64,000 nucleotides of DNA from Thermodesulfobacteriota bacterium (GTDB lineage Bacteria; Desulfobacterota_D; UBA1144; Nemesobacterales; UBA2774). Where the stretch lies: contig OZ244197.1 of assembly GCA_965216785.1 (NCBI GenBank), positions 896,001 through 960,000 of the forward strand. Direction: 5' to 3'. A program made the translations under genes and the position numbers. The notes below the pieces were generated by a model. It made no database searches. It was not told the origin of the DNA and worked only from the letters and a program-made list of their open reading frames with translations. The stretch's first letter is position 1. Each line of letters begins with the position of its first letter. Positions 28,580 to 38,574 of this stretch are shown here, one piece after another.

Positions 28580-30940
28580 TTATTCACTGTTAAAAGTATT
28601 TATTTCGATATTGTATTTGTCTTGCTCAATTGTCACTGTGCCGTCTTTGCTTGTTTGAAATACGCTCGTCAGTCTTTCAATAGGCGGCAGTTCCAAGCCA
28701 TCGACCGAATTTGTGACCAAAACCTCTGGTGATACTGTAGCGAGGAAAAGCTCCAGCGAGTCGTTTGTATTTAAGAGCGGCATATAGAGCACTGTACTTT
28801 CTAGGCTCGAGCCTTTTTTAATAATGAGGTTGTTTTGGACGGTTTCAAGGTGAAGCGCTTCGCCGGTTAGAAAGCCCAGGCCCGGGCCTCTTAACTTTAA
28901 TGCGATTGGATAGGGCAGGGATGTGTCTATAATTTTAAAATCTTCTTCAGGCTTTATAATTTCGAGCTTATACTCGGAAGTAATGGGAAGCTCTGTTATT
29001 TCGAGAATGTCATGCCACTCTATTCCTCTCTCATAAATTATTTCCCAGACCCCTCCTTCAAGCTTATCCCCGTTTGTGAAGAAGTTTTTAACCGAGAAAT
29101 TCTCAAGTAAATATTTAACCCCTCGCAAATGGTCTTTATCTGTTGATGTCAGTATCAGGTAGTCAATACTTCTAACGCCTCTGCTAAGTAAGTACTGTGA
29201 AATGACCCCTCTCTCCGTATACCCGCTTCTGCCGAATCTTTTGTAACCCCCGTCAATCAGCATGTTTTTCCCCTCCGGGAGCAAGATAAACACAGCGCTT
29301 CGGTTAGCGCCGGCGTCCAGAATATTTACTTCAGCCCCACCATCGGGTGAATTGTCCGAGGTAGTTGCAATAGCGCTTACAAAAAAGCCTATGACAAGAA
29401 TAGGCAAAACGTACTTGAGTTTTCTGTATGTTCCCGCCACAAGCACAGTGAAGCCGCTCGCGATAAACAGCGTCCAGCTAACCGCTCCGAGCTTGGGCAT
29501 GATTATGTAAGAATAGGGAAGCTCTGTCAGCTTTCCGATCCCGAAAACTACCATGTCTATGAGCAGCAGGTTGAATGAAATAATAGGCTCCGCCAGGTGC
29601 GGGGAAACCAGGAAGGTAAGTAAAGATATAAGCCCGAGCGGTATGATCAGCAGTTCAACAAAAGGAATTAAGATTACGTTTGCGGGTATGGATACAAGCG
29701 GTAGAATGCCGAACGTATTTACGACAAAAGGTAAAGTTGCAAACCCGGCTGCGAGGGCCGACTTTACCAAAGAATAAAGTTTGTCTCTAAATGTTACAAA
29801 CCTAAAAGGATAAAATATGTGAACCAGAAGTATTCCGAGAACCGCTGAAAACGAGAGCTGGAAAGAAAGCTCAAAAAGCGAGAACGGGTGCCAGATTAAA
29901 ATGATAAGCGCCGCCGCTCCCAGAGTGTTAATCTTATTTTCGTCCCTTCCGATTACAATTGATATCAAATACAGCGAGATCATTATGAAGGCCCTGACGG
30001 CAGAGGTTGAGAACCCGGCAATTGCCGTATACAGGAATACAGGAGCTATTGTTAACCCGGCTACGACTCTGGGCATTTGAAAACGGAGCAGCAGATACTC
30101 TGAGCGTGAGAGTGCAAATCTAAATAAAAAATAGAAGAACACCGCGACTGCCCCTACGTGTACCCCGGATATAGCGAGTATGTGGGCCACTCCCGCCTTT
30201 GAAAACTCTGTCCTCAGCTCTTGAGGGATACCCCCTTTGTACCCGACCGTAATCGCGTTTAGTACGCTTGTTTCCGGAAATTGGAAATTTTTGCTTACAT
30301 AGGAGGCGAAACGTATTCTGACCCTATCTATGTAATGAAGAAGGGGGCTTGCTGAGCTGTCTCTGCCAAACGAGATTATCTGCTCCTCTCCCTCAACGAA
30401 CCCAAGAGCCCGAATACCCTGTCTCTCATAAAAACTCTTAACGTCAAACCCGCTGGGGTTCTGGAAATTCCTTATCTCTCTTAGCTCGATATCGAGCACA
30501 CGAACCCTATCTCCATTGGCAAGTCCTTCTATAAAGTCCCCGCTCGTTATTATCACTTTCCCTTGAACGGGCAAAGAGTGCTCTTTGGTTAAGACGGTCT
30601 TTGTATCGAGAAAAAGTCTGCTGCCGTACTCTCTTTGCTCGGGCGATTTGTAGAGTGTGCCCTCAATTGCTACTTTTGTATCGATGAAATGCGTTATTCC
30701 GGATTTCTGATCCAGGGTAGCGCTTGATGCAAACAAAAGGCCGATCGGGATTAGAAGGAGAAACCTCAAGTTTACGAAAAATACAGCTAATACCCCGAAA
30801 ATAGCGCCCATAACCAAAATCGGCATCCATACCTGTACTAAATACTCGTTTAGTACTATTCCCAGAGCAAAACCCAGGAGAGGGGGGAGAATACTGTATT
30901 TGTATAAGAAGAAGCCAGCCCTATCAGTCGTTAATTTCAT
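28580..30940 (-). CDS. comEC: DNA internalization competence protein ComEC/Rec2
   Basis: DUF4131/OB region with NPSGFD; HILAISGVHV; SFQLSF; C-terminal MBL-like domain. Confidence 0.92.
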   Translation of the reverse strand: MKLTTDRAGFFLYKYSILPPLLGFALGIVLNEYLVQVWMPILVMGAIFGVLAVFFVNLRFLLLIPIGLLFASSATLDQKSGITHFIDTKVAIEGTLYKSPEQREYGSRLFLDTKTVLTKEHSLPVQGKVIITSGDFIEGLANGDRVRVLDIELREIRNFQNPSGFDVKSFYERQGIRALGFVEGEEQIISFGRDSSASPLLHYIDRVRIRFASYVSKNFQFPETSVLNAITVGYKGGIPQELRTEFSKAGVAHILAISGVHVGAVAVFFYFLFRFALSRSEYLLLRFQMPRVVAGLTIAPVFLYTAIAGFSTSAVRAFIMISLYLISIVIGRDENKINTLGAAALIILIWHPFSLFELSFQLSFSAVLGILLVHIFYPFRFVTFRDKLYSLVKSALAAGFATLPFVVNTFGILPLVSIPANVILIPFVELLIIPLGLISLLTFLVSPHLAEPIISFNLLLIDMVVFGIGKLTELPYSYIIMPKLGAVSWTLFIASGFTVLVAGTYRKLKYVLPILVIGFFVSAIATTSDNSPDGGAEVNILDAGANRSAVFILLPEGKNMLIDGGYKRFGRSGYTERGVISQYLLSRGVRSIDYLILTSTDKDHLRGVKYLLENFSVKNFFTNGDKLEGGVWEIIYERGIEWHDILEITELPITSEYKLEIIKPEEDFKIIDTSLPYPIALKLRGPGLGFLTGEALHLETVQNNLIIKKGSSLESTVLYMPLLNTNDSLELFLATVSPEVLVTNSVDGLELPPIERLTSVFQTSKDGTVTIEQDKYNIEINTFNSE

Positions 30941-31042
30941 TACTCTTTAAGAATTATAGTAGAAAGGACTGATTTAACAAAAATAGTCAGAAAGGATTTA
31001 TAAACGGGGAGTCTACAATTTATTCTTCAAAATGCTGAATCT

Positions 31043-31525
31043 TTAAGAGCCGGGGCTCTTGATAATAACTACGGCATAAGCCGCAATACCTTCGCCTCTT
31101 CCGGTAAAGCCCATACCGTCAGTTGTCGTGGCCTTAATCCCGAGCGCACCGCTCTGTAGACCGGTAACGTTAGATAGCTTTTCTTTTATTGAATTTATAT
31201 GGGGTGCGATCCTTGGTTTCTCGCATACGATCGTACTGTCTATATTCTCTATTTCATATTTTTTCTTTCGCACCTTAGCCATAGTTTCTTCTAACAGAAC
31301 GAGACTTGATACGTCTTTCCACTTTGGGTCGGAATCCGGGAAAAAACTGCCTATATCTCCTAGCCCCAGAGCGCCGAGAAGGGCGTCACATATTGCGTGG
31401 GTCAGCACATCGGCGTCTGAATGGCCGCTCAAACCAAGCTCATGCGGTATCTCCACCCCGCCTATAATCAGCTTCCTGCCTTCTGTAAACCTGTGCGCGT
31501 CAAACCCAAATCCAATTCTGTGCAT
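31043..31525 (-). CDS. ispF: 2-C-methyl-D-erythritol 2,4-cyclodiphosphate synthase
   Basis: RIGFGFDAH, GHSDADVLTHA and KATTT. Confidence 0.97.
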   Translation of the reverse strand: MHRIGFGFDAHRFTEGRKLIIGGVEIPHELGLSGHSDADVLTHAICDALLGALGLGDIGSFFPDSDPKWKDVSSLVLLEETMAKVRKKKYEIENIDSTIVCEKPRIAPHINSIKEKLSNVTGLQSGALGIKATTTDGMGFTGRGEGIAAYAVVIIKSPGS

Positions 31526-31529
31526 CGTT

Positions 31530-32240
31530 TTATACAAGTCCCTCTTTAATCAACAGCTCTCCCAAAACTATATCGTCTTTAGTTGTAATTTTTATATTGT
31601 ACCGTGAACCCTGTACAAGTTTTACCTTCACGCCGGTCCTTTCGACCAGAATAGATTCATCCGTTCCCATGTAGCCGTCTTCCCCGGCGCACCTGAAAGC
31701 TTCGTCCAATATTTCATACTTAAAACCCTGGGGAGTCTGTGCGAGCCATATGTTATCCCTCGGCAGCGTGCTTTCTATATATCGCTCAGGGGAAGACTGC
31801 TTTATGGTGTCTGTGGCCGGAGTAGCGCAAATAGCGGCGCCGGATTCAACGGCCCCTGCAATTACACTCTCTATTGTCTCGGGCCTAACGAACGGCCGCA
31901 CACCGTCATGAACTAGTACGATGTCGGGTTTATGGTTGAGCGATCTGAAACCGTTCTCAACCGAGTGCTGTCTCTCTTCGCCGCCGGGAGTGAGTTTTTT
32001 CACCCTGCTAAACCCATACCTCTCTACAATCTCACTCCGAGTATACTCAAGCTGCTCAGGAGGAACCACGACTACAATCTCTCCTATTGAGCTGCAGCCC
32101 GAGAAGCTTCTGATCGAATATGCTAAAAGAGGCTCGCCGTTTAGAGGCGCGAACTGCTTGGGTATCCCGCCCCCACCTTCACCGAACCTCTTTCCCGAAC
32201 CTGCCGCCGTAATTATAACAGCTGCCTGAACGTTAGCCAC
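31530..32240 (-). CDS. ispD: 2-C-methyl-D-erythritol 4-phosphate cytidylyltransferase
   Basis: AAGSGKRF, PKQF, VHDGVRP, QTPQGF and NIKIT. Confidence 0.95.
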   Translation of the reverse strand: MANVQAAVIITAAGSGKRFGEGGGGIPKQFAPLNGEPLLAYSIRSFSGCSSIGEIVVVVPPEQLEYTRSEIVERYGFSRVKKLTPGGEERQHSVENGFRSLNHKPDIVLVHDGVRPFVRPETIESVIAGAVESGAAICATPATDTIKQSSPERYIESTLPRDNIWLAQTPQGFKYEILDEAFRCAGEDGYMGTDESILVERTGVKVKLVQGSRYNIKITTKDDIVLGELLIKEGLV

Positions 32241-33252
32241 GGATATCGGAAACCGCGTGTTTTCTACCCGTTTCTTTAACCTTAGAGAAGATCATTCTCC
32301 CCGTCGGAGTCTGAAGAACACTTGTTACGGAGACCTGTATCTCGTCTCCCATATGTCTCTTAGCGTCATCTACTACGACCATTGTGCCGTCTTCCAGATA
32401 TCCGACTCCCTGGTTATTTTCCTTCCCTTCCTTTACAACGTGTATGGTCATAGTCTCCCCCGGTAGCACTACGGGCTTAAGCGCGTTTGAAAGCTGGTTC
32501 AGGTTCATGACTTTTACGTTTTGGAGTCCGGCGACTTTATTTAAATTAAAATCATTTGTGATAATGACGCCCTTTAGCTTATTTGCAAGCTCCACCAGCT
32601 TTAGGTCAGCCTCTTTTATATTCGGGAAGTCGTGATTTGTAATCTTGATCTGTACGTTGGGGATATCCTGCTGCATCCTCTTCAGTACGTCCAATCCGCG
32701 TCTACCGCGCACGCGTTTTATCGGCTCAGAGGAATCGGCAATGTGCTGCAGCTCCTTAATAATAAACTTAGGGATAATCATGGTGCCGTTTATAAACCCA
32801 GCTTCTGCTACGTCGGCGATCCTGCCGTCGATTATTACGCTTGTATCAAGGATCTTAGTCTCGTCCGTATGTTTGGATTGCGTTCTTCCGCGTCCTCCTG
32901 ACTGAACGGTTTCTTTCCCTTTTTTAAAACCCAGAGTTATGCCTATGTTGAGTAACACAAAGAAAAAAGCCGCAGAAACAAACGGAAGTGCGCTCTCGGG
33001 GATAGAAAGCCCCGACAACACGCTGTTAAGAGCAAAAAACACTATTGAAGCAGAAGCTACGCCTATTGCCGCGCCCTGGAACCCCTTGGCGCTTGTTCTT
33101 TTTAATAAACTCTCGACTCCCCATGCGAGCCCTACTGTGATCACGCCGAAAACCAGGCCCGCTATTGCGGAAACTACCAGACTGTACTCAGATTGCGCGA
33201 TTGCAAAAGCCGCTAGCGCGCCTAATACGAAAAATATAATTTTTAATATCAT
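32233..33252 (-). CDS. PIN/TRAM domain membrane protein (YacL family)
   Basis: ILDTSVIIDGRI, RGRRGLD, TNDFNLNK and QGVGYLEDGTMVVV. Confidence 0.92.
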   Translation of the reverse strand: MILKIIFFVLGALAAFAIAQSEYSLVVSAIAGLVFGVITVGLAWGVESLLKRTSAKGFQGAAIGVASASIVFFALNSVLSGLSIPESALPFVSAAFFFVLLNIGITLGFKKGKETVQSGGRGRTQSKHTDETKILDTSVIIDGRIADVAEAGFINGTMIIPKFIIKELQHIADSSEPIKRVRGRRGLDVLKRMQQDIPNVQIKITNHDFPNIKEADLKLVELANKLKGVIITNDFNLNKVAGLQNVKVMNLNQLSNALKPVVLPGETMTIHVVKEGKENNQGVGYLEDGTMVVVDDAKRHMGDEIQVSVTSVLQTPTGRMIFSKVKETGRKHAVSDIRG

Positions 33253-33462
33253 AATCTACCTCACCTCGATCCCTGCCCCTCTTGCGTTGGTCCGGCAAAA
33301 ATAAATATATGTAAAAGCCTAAGTTTTCACAAGGATATGAAAATTGTCTATTCAGTAATCTATGAAAAACCCGACTAAGAGTGCCTTCATTATCCGGACT
33401 TACATAAATCTAATTACTTCAACCGGCAAGAGAGATAGAGAGTATTTTTTGTAAACAGCTCT

Positions 33463-33999
33463 TTAAGACTGCCCGCTGTTTACGGTCTCAATTACTTTTA
33501 CTATCTCATCAACGACTCTTAGATATTTACTCCTGCCGTATCCGGGCTCTTTGGCCCTTCCGTCTATACCTACGTCGGCAAGGATTTCTCCTGTCGTACT
33601 ATCAATCAGGGTAACCCACACCTGAACCGACATCTTTCCCTTGTCTTTAATTCCTCTAAATGCATACTCGCAATATTTACATCCCCGGACGTAGCCGCTT
33701 ACGGTGCCCCTGACAATCAAGGCTCTTTCATCAAGTTCTGCGTTATCTATAGCGCCCCGGCTTATAACCTTGAACTCGTTATCCTTGCTAAGCTCTTCGG
33801 CAACCATGCTGGCTATCTCACTGCCCGAATCATACGGTACCCATTCTAAATCAGTCTTCCTGAAATCAGGAATCACGACCACCTGATAGCTCTCGGATCT
33901 TACTTCGGGCGCCTTGTATACATTCACGTTTGTGGGCGAACAGCCCAAAAATGAGAGGAAAATTAGGATTACGCTAATATGTATCCAACTATGAAACAT
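33463..33999 (-). CDS. hypothetical lipoprotein (CsgG/DUF4410-like fold possible)
   Basis: Lipobox FLGC; VVVIPDF..VRGTV pattern. Confidence 0.65.
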   Translation of the reverse strand: MFHSWIHISVILIFLSFLGCSPTNVNVYKAPEVRSESYQVVVIPDFRKTDLEWVPYDSGSEIASMVAEELSKDNEFKVISRGAIDNAELDERALIVRGTVSGYVRGCKYCEYAFRGIKDKGKMSVQVWVTLIDSTTGEILADVGIDGRAKEPGYGRSKYLRVVDEIVKVIETVNSGQS

Positions 34000-34240
34000 T
34001 CCATTCCTCCTTGCATATAATCCTATATATTGTATACGAATTTGAGATTAGTAAAAGAGCCTGGGGATTTTAACTTCCGGTCGTTGCAATAAAAATTTTA
34101 TCTTACTCAAATACAGCCCTGTGGTAACGCGTAGTGCTTAGCCGGCAATAATTAAGCGCGTGGCTTGTTATTCTGTGGCGTAATTGCGTATAATGAGCTT
34201 TCAAGTATTAAGCTCTTTTTGATCGATTCGAGAAATATTA

Positions 34241-35563
34241 ATGAGTGTTTATAACCTAATAAGCTTTCTGGGAATATTCGTGCTGCTCGCTGTGGCGTGG
34301 CTTTTTTCGTCCAACAAGAGGAATATTAACTTCAGGGTAATCCTCTGGGGAATCGGGCTTCAGCTCATTTTCGGCGCGTTTGTTTTTCTTCTTCCGGCAG
34401 GGGCAAAATTCTTTTTATATCTAAACGATATAGTTGTGGTTGTACTCAACTCAGCCTCTGCGGGCGCGGAATTTGTCTTCGGTAGGCTCGCTCTCCCGCC
34501 CGGAGTCAGTAACGAGCAGGGCGAGCAGTCGCTAGGGTTTTTTCTCGCATTTCAGGCTTTCCCAACGATAATATTCTTTTCAGCACTAGTCTCCATCCTC
34601 TATTACTACAATATTATGCAGCGGGTTATAAAAGGCTTCGCGTACGTATTTACGCGCTCGATGAGGATCTCCGGGGCTGAATCACTCTCAGCTGCTAGTA
34701 ATATCTTTGTGGGCATCGAATCCACGCTAACTATTAAGCCATATCTTGATAAAATGACCCGTTCTGAGCTCTGTACTGTGCTTACGGCAGGTATGGCGAC
34801 GGTATCCTCTAATATTCTTGCTCTATACGTATTCAGCTTGCAGGACCAGTTTCCTACTATTGCAGCGCATTTAATCTCGGCCTCTATCCTCTCAGCGCCC
34901 GCTGCAGTGGTTATGTCCAAAATTCTTCTTCCCGAGGACTCCGTACCAAAAACCCTCGGAACGAATGTAAACCCTCATTATGAGAAAGAGGGCAGTTTGT
35001 TCGAGGCCGTAATAAACGGTTCAGAGAGCGGTGTAAAGCTCATAATCGGCATCGTAGCGCTCCTGATAGCGGTTCTCGGGCTTGTAGCGCTCCTAGACCT
35101 TGTAGTTGGGGGTCTCGGTGGGCACATAAACCAATTTATTGGCATAGATATCGACTGGTCTCTTAAGGGTCTTCTCGGATATCTATTCTACCCCGTAACT
35201 ATTGTAATAGGCGTACCGTATCAGGACGCTTATACAATTTCCAAAATTATAGGAGAGCGTACGATTTTAACCGAAGTCGTGGCTTACCAGGACCTTGCCC
35301 GCGTTATGGAACAAGGACAGGTCCTTCACCCGCGCTCTCCCGTTGTCACGGCCTATGCCCTATGCGGTTTCGCTCATGTGGCTTCTATGGCAATATTCGT
35401 CGGTGGAGTCGCCGCCCTTGCCCCTTCCCGGAAAAAAGATGTTGCGGGAGTAGGTCTTAGGGCGCTTGTGGCATCTACCCTGGCAACCCTGATGACTGCC
35501 TGTATAGCGGGCTTTTTCTTCAACAGTAAATCCATCTTGCTTGCTACGACCGTAGTACCTTAA
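34241..35563 (+). CDS. concentrative nucleoside transporter (NupC/CNT family)
   Basis: PTIIFFSAL, SGAES..NIFVG, GMATVS and ALCGFAH. Confidence 0.92.
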   Translation: MSVYNLISFLGIFVLLAVAWLFSSNKRNINFRVILWGIGLQLIFGAFVFLLPAGAKFFLYLNDIVVVVLNSASAGAEFVFGRLALPPGVSNEQGEQSLGFFLAFQAFPTIIFFSALVSILYYYNIMQRVIKGFAYVFTRSMRISGAESLSAASNIFVGIESTLTIKPYLDKMTRSELCTVLTAGMATVSSNILALYVFSLQDQFPTIAAHLISASILSAPAAVVMSKILLPEDSVPKTLGTNVNPHYEKEGSLFEAVINGSESGVKLIIGIVALLIAVLGLVALLDLVVGGLGGHINQFIGIDIDWSLKGLLGYLFYPVTIVIGVPYQDAYTISKIIGERTILTEVVAYQDLARVMEQGQVLHPRSPVVTAYALCGFAHVASMAIFVGGVAALAPSRKKDVAGVGLRALVASTLATLMTACIAGFFFNSKSILLATTVVP

Positions 35564-35608
35564 TAGAAACCCGATAGAGCCAATGTCCGGCCTCTTTTTG
35601 GCTAGGTA

Positions 35609-35674
35609 TTGACAATAAGTCTTACGGGCTTACATTAGAAATACGAACAACTGTTTCAAACGGTTGTTCGTATT
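35609..35674 (+). promoter_or_regulatory. promoter plus 35-bp palindromic operator with two PsrA-like boxes
   Basis: TTGACA at 35609, TACATT at 35631; palindrome 35640-35674 with one mismatch. Confidence 0.75.
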
Positions 35675-35707
35675 AAAAATAATGTCGCCTAAGGGGGCTA
35701 GTAAGAA

Positions 35708-36391
35708 ATGAAAGAGGCTAAAACTAAAGAGAGGATATTAGATTCCGCTGAGAAGTTGTTCGCGAATAAGGGGCTGAAACACACCTCTGTCCGTGATATA
35801 ACAGGCGAGGCAAACGCGCACCTGGCAGCGGTTAATTATCACTTTCGCTCCAAAGACGGGCTCCTAAGAGAAGTGGTTCAGCGAAGAATCGTCCCGCTTA
35901 ACCGCGAAAGGCTCAGGCTTTTGGATAACGCGGCAAAAAGATACGGCAAAAAGTCCGTGCCAGTTGAAACTGCGCTGCATGCGCTCTTAGCGCCCGCGAT
36001 TAAGCTTTATTTTGAAAGGCCGCATTTCTTGAAAGTTACAGGGCAAATTGTCTCAGATCCGGATGATGAGGTTTATAAGATATTTTTACTTCATTTTCAG
36101 GAGGTGTTTTCAGGGTTTAAAGAGACATTCTCCCAATCTCTACCCCACGTCGAAGAAGAAGAGATTATGTGGCGGATCCATTTCCTTATGGGTGCGATGA
36201 TACATACATGGACCAACCACACGGGTTTGGAGACTCTCTCGGGAGGGGTATGCAGACTCAGCAACGAAGAGGAAACATTGAATCGGTTAATCGCTTTTTG
36301 CGCAGCAGGCCTTAAAGCTCCCAAATACACTCATCCCCATGAGGATAGCGGTGAAATAAATGCGGCAAAACGCTCTAAGAAAAAGGATTAA
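35708..36391 (+). CDS. TetR family regulator, PsrA-like
   Basis: HTH SVRDIT..AAVNYHFRSKDGL; RRIVPLNRERLRLL and WRIHFLMGAM as in PsrA-type C-termini. Confidence 0.88.
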   Translation: MKEAKTKERILDSAEKLFANKGLKHTSVRDITGEANAHLAAVNYHFRSKDGLLREVVQRRIVPLNRERLRLLDNAAKRYGKKSVPVETALHALLAPAIKLYFERPHFLKVTGQIVSDPDDEVYKIFLLHFQEVFSGFKETFSQSLPHVEEEEIMWRIHFLMGAMIHTWTNHTGLETLSGGVCRLSNEEETLNRLIAFCAAGLKAPKYTHPHEDSGEINAAKRSKKKD

Positions 36392-36426
36392 CGCTTGAAT
36401 TCATATGCCAATAGAGGAGAAAGAAA

Positions 36427-37656
36427 ATGTTAAAAACAGGCTCTCATGAATCAATACTTGATAATTTCGGCAGTGACTCCATAGACACCGTATCTTCGGA
36501 ATTACATGAAAATTTTATTCCCGATAACGATGCTGTCGAGCAGGATTATCTTACTGCCGAGTCTGACGACGACAAATCAGATACAAAAGAATCCATTACA
36601 GTTAAATACGAGAATATCAATCAGGAGCTGAGGCTCGTAAACGCTTATTTTAAGGAAGTTGGCACCGAGACTCTTTTAACACCGAAAGAGGAAATTGTTA
36701 TAGCGGCTAAGATTAAGGAGTGCGAGGCTCAGATCTTGAATATTTCTGAGTCCCTAACCCGAATATTGGGATATGAGATAAATGCGGATAATGGCAATGC
36801 GCTAAATGAACTGACGGAGTTTACGCACAATACCCCCTGTTCCGAACAAGATAAAGAGTCTAGGGGACGTGTTATGAGACTCGCGGCTCTTTTAGACGCC
36901 TATATCAAGTCTTCGGCACTGCTCAAAAACCGTTTTGTTAAGTCGAACCTCAGGCTCGTTGCCAGTATGGCTAAGAAATATGTTGGCCGCGGCGTACCGT
37001 TTCTCGATCTGATTCAGGAAGGAAACCTTGGGCTTATTAAGGCTGTAGAGAGGTATGATCACACCAAGGGCTTTAGATTCTCGACCTATGCATGCTGGTG
37101 GATAAATCAGGCCATGACAAGAGGGGTGTTCAACCAGACAAGGACTGTGAAAATACCGGCGTACGTACTTGAGAAAGCGGGTAAAGTGTGGACCGAGCGC
37201 GCGAAGTTCATAGAGGAAAACGGTCGTGAGCCAGAGCCCAGAGAGATCGTGAAAAAAGTGGGCATGAGTCTTGAGAACGTAAAGCAAGTACTGGAATCCA
37301 AAAATGGGAACAACATGGTCTGTCTCGATTCCCCCGTGTGGAAAGGAGAAAGAGCAACTTTCATGGACTACATGGAAGACTCGGTTTCACCTCCCGTCGA
37401 TTCATTGATAGACGAAGTTTCAATTCCCGAATGCGTAAAAGACGCGCTATATTTACTTGATGAAAAAGAGCGGGAGATAGTTGAAATGAGATTTGGTATC
37501 GGAAGCGATGCTGCATGCACGCTTGATGAAATCGGAAGAAAGTTCGGTCTGACCAGAGAGAGGATCCGGCAGATAGAAAAGAAGGCTCTTAAAAAAATAC
37601 GGGACTCCGAGTCGGCCCCCGCCCTTAGAAGCTTGATTGACGCTTCTAATAACTAG
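36427..37656 (+). CDS. RpoD/RpoS-family alternative sigma70 factor lacking region 1.1
   Basis: NLRLV..AKKY, DLIQEGNLGL, FSTYACWWI and LTRERIRQIE. Confidence 0.92.
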   Translation: MLKTGSHESILDNFGSDSIDTVSSELHENFIPDNDAVEQDYLTAESDDDKSDTKESITVKYENINQELRLVNAYFKEVGTETLLTPKEEIVIAAKIKECEAQILNISESLTRILGYEINADNGNALNELTEFTHNTPCSEQDKESRGRVMRLAALLDAYIKSSALLKNRFVKSNLRLVASMAKKYVGRGVPFLDLIQEGNLGLIKAVERYDHTKGFRFSTYACWWINQAMTRGVFNQTRTVKIPAYVLEKAGKVWTERAKFIEENGREPEPREIVKKVGMSLENVKQVLESKNGNNMVCLDSPVWKGERATFMDYMEDSVSPPVDSLIDEVSIPECVKDALYLLDEKEREIVEMRFGIGSDAACTLDEIGRKFGLTRERIRQIEKKALKKIRDSESAPALRSLIDASNN

Positions 37657-37730
37657 TAACACGGATAACCCCGGCCGCGCGCGCCTATATAACGATTTTC
37701 AGGATATTTATAAATATTTGAAAAAACCTC

Positions 37731-37777
37731 TTGACAATAAATTCTACGGTGATATTATTTTACTGACTGGTCAACTA
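37731..37777 (+). promoter_or_regulatory. promoter plus NemR-like TetR operator
   Basis: TTGACA at 37731, TATTAT at 37753; ACTGACTGGTCAACTA at 37762-37777 recurs at 38531. Confidence 0.7.
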
Positions 37778-37866
37778 TAAAGGCCGGTCAAGAAATTAAG
37801 ATTTTTGGCTGGCTTTTGTTTTGTAGTAATATAGGAGACAGGTAAAACGAGCTATTAAGGTGAAAT

Positions 37867-38487
37867 ATGGGCCGTACAAGTGATGCAAAAGAAAAAATAA
37901 TAGAAAGCGCAATGGAGCTCATCGGTTCAAGAAGCTATAACGCAGTAGGCGTGCAGGAGCTTTGCGAGCATGCGGGGGTAAAGAAGGGCAGCTTTTATCA
38001 TTTTTTCCCTTCAAAGAGAGAGCTTACAATAGCGGCTCTCGATCAAACGTGGTCGATGTTTAAGACCGAGTTCTTAGATCCTATATTTACCTCCGATATG
38101 ACTGCTGAGGAAAAATTGAACACGCTCCTTCGGAAATCACACGAATACCAGGTGGCTTCAAAGGATTGTAAAGGCTGCGTTACAGGATGCGCAATGGGAA
38201 ATCTTGCGCTAGAGCTCAGCACACAGGACGAATCCATTAGAAATAAAATTGAGGAGATATTCGAGGAATGGACTAAGTATTTTGAAAATCTTGTTTCTGA
38301 CGGTATAGAGGAAGGGTATTTCCCGTCCGATACTGATATTAGGTCTACATCTCAGGCTATGCTCGCATACATAGAGGGGATTTACCTCGTCGGAAAGACG
38401 TTTAACGACCCCGAGCTTATAAGTCGTCTGAGCGAAGGTGTTTTACAACTCTGTATAAAGCGAAAGAAGGTTAAGCAAACGGTATAA
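37867..38487 (+). CDS. TetR family regulator, NemR/LmrA-like, Cys-rich
   Basis: AGVKKGSFYHFFPSK; GCAMGNLALELS; CKGCVTGC. Confidence 0.9.
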   Translation: MGRTSDAKEKIIESAMELIGSRSYNAVGVQELCEHAGVKKGSFYHFFPSKRELTIAALDQTWSMFKTEFLDPIFTSDMTAEEKLNTLLRKSHEYQVASKDCKGCVTGCAMGNLALELSTQDESIRNKIEEIFEEWTKYFENLVSDGIEEGYFPSDTDIRSTSQAMLAYIEGIYLVGKTFNDPELISRLSEGVLQLCIKRKKVKQTV

Positions 38488-38530
38488 GATCACCGGTCCG
38501 GAAGCCATATATTTTTTTGGCAACCAATAA

Positions 38531-38546
38531 ACCGACCGGTCAACTA
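38531..38546 (+). promoter_or_regulatory. second NemR-like operator, upstream of the ECF sigma gene
   Basis: ACCGACCGGTCAACTA, 14/16 identical to 37762-37777. Confidence 0.65.
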
Positions 38547-38574
38547 AAAAGAAAATAAATAGGAGGTATTAACG

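Noticed and set aside
31043-33252. PIN/TRAM gene as a toxin-antitoxin system
   Set aside because: yacL-ispD-ispF is a conserved housekeeping order and no antitoxin is present
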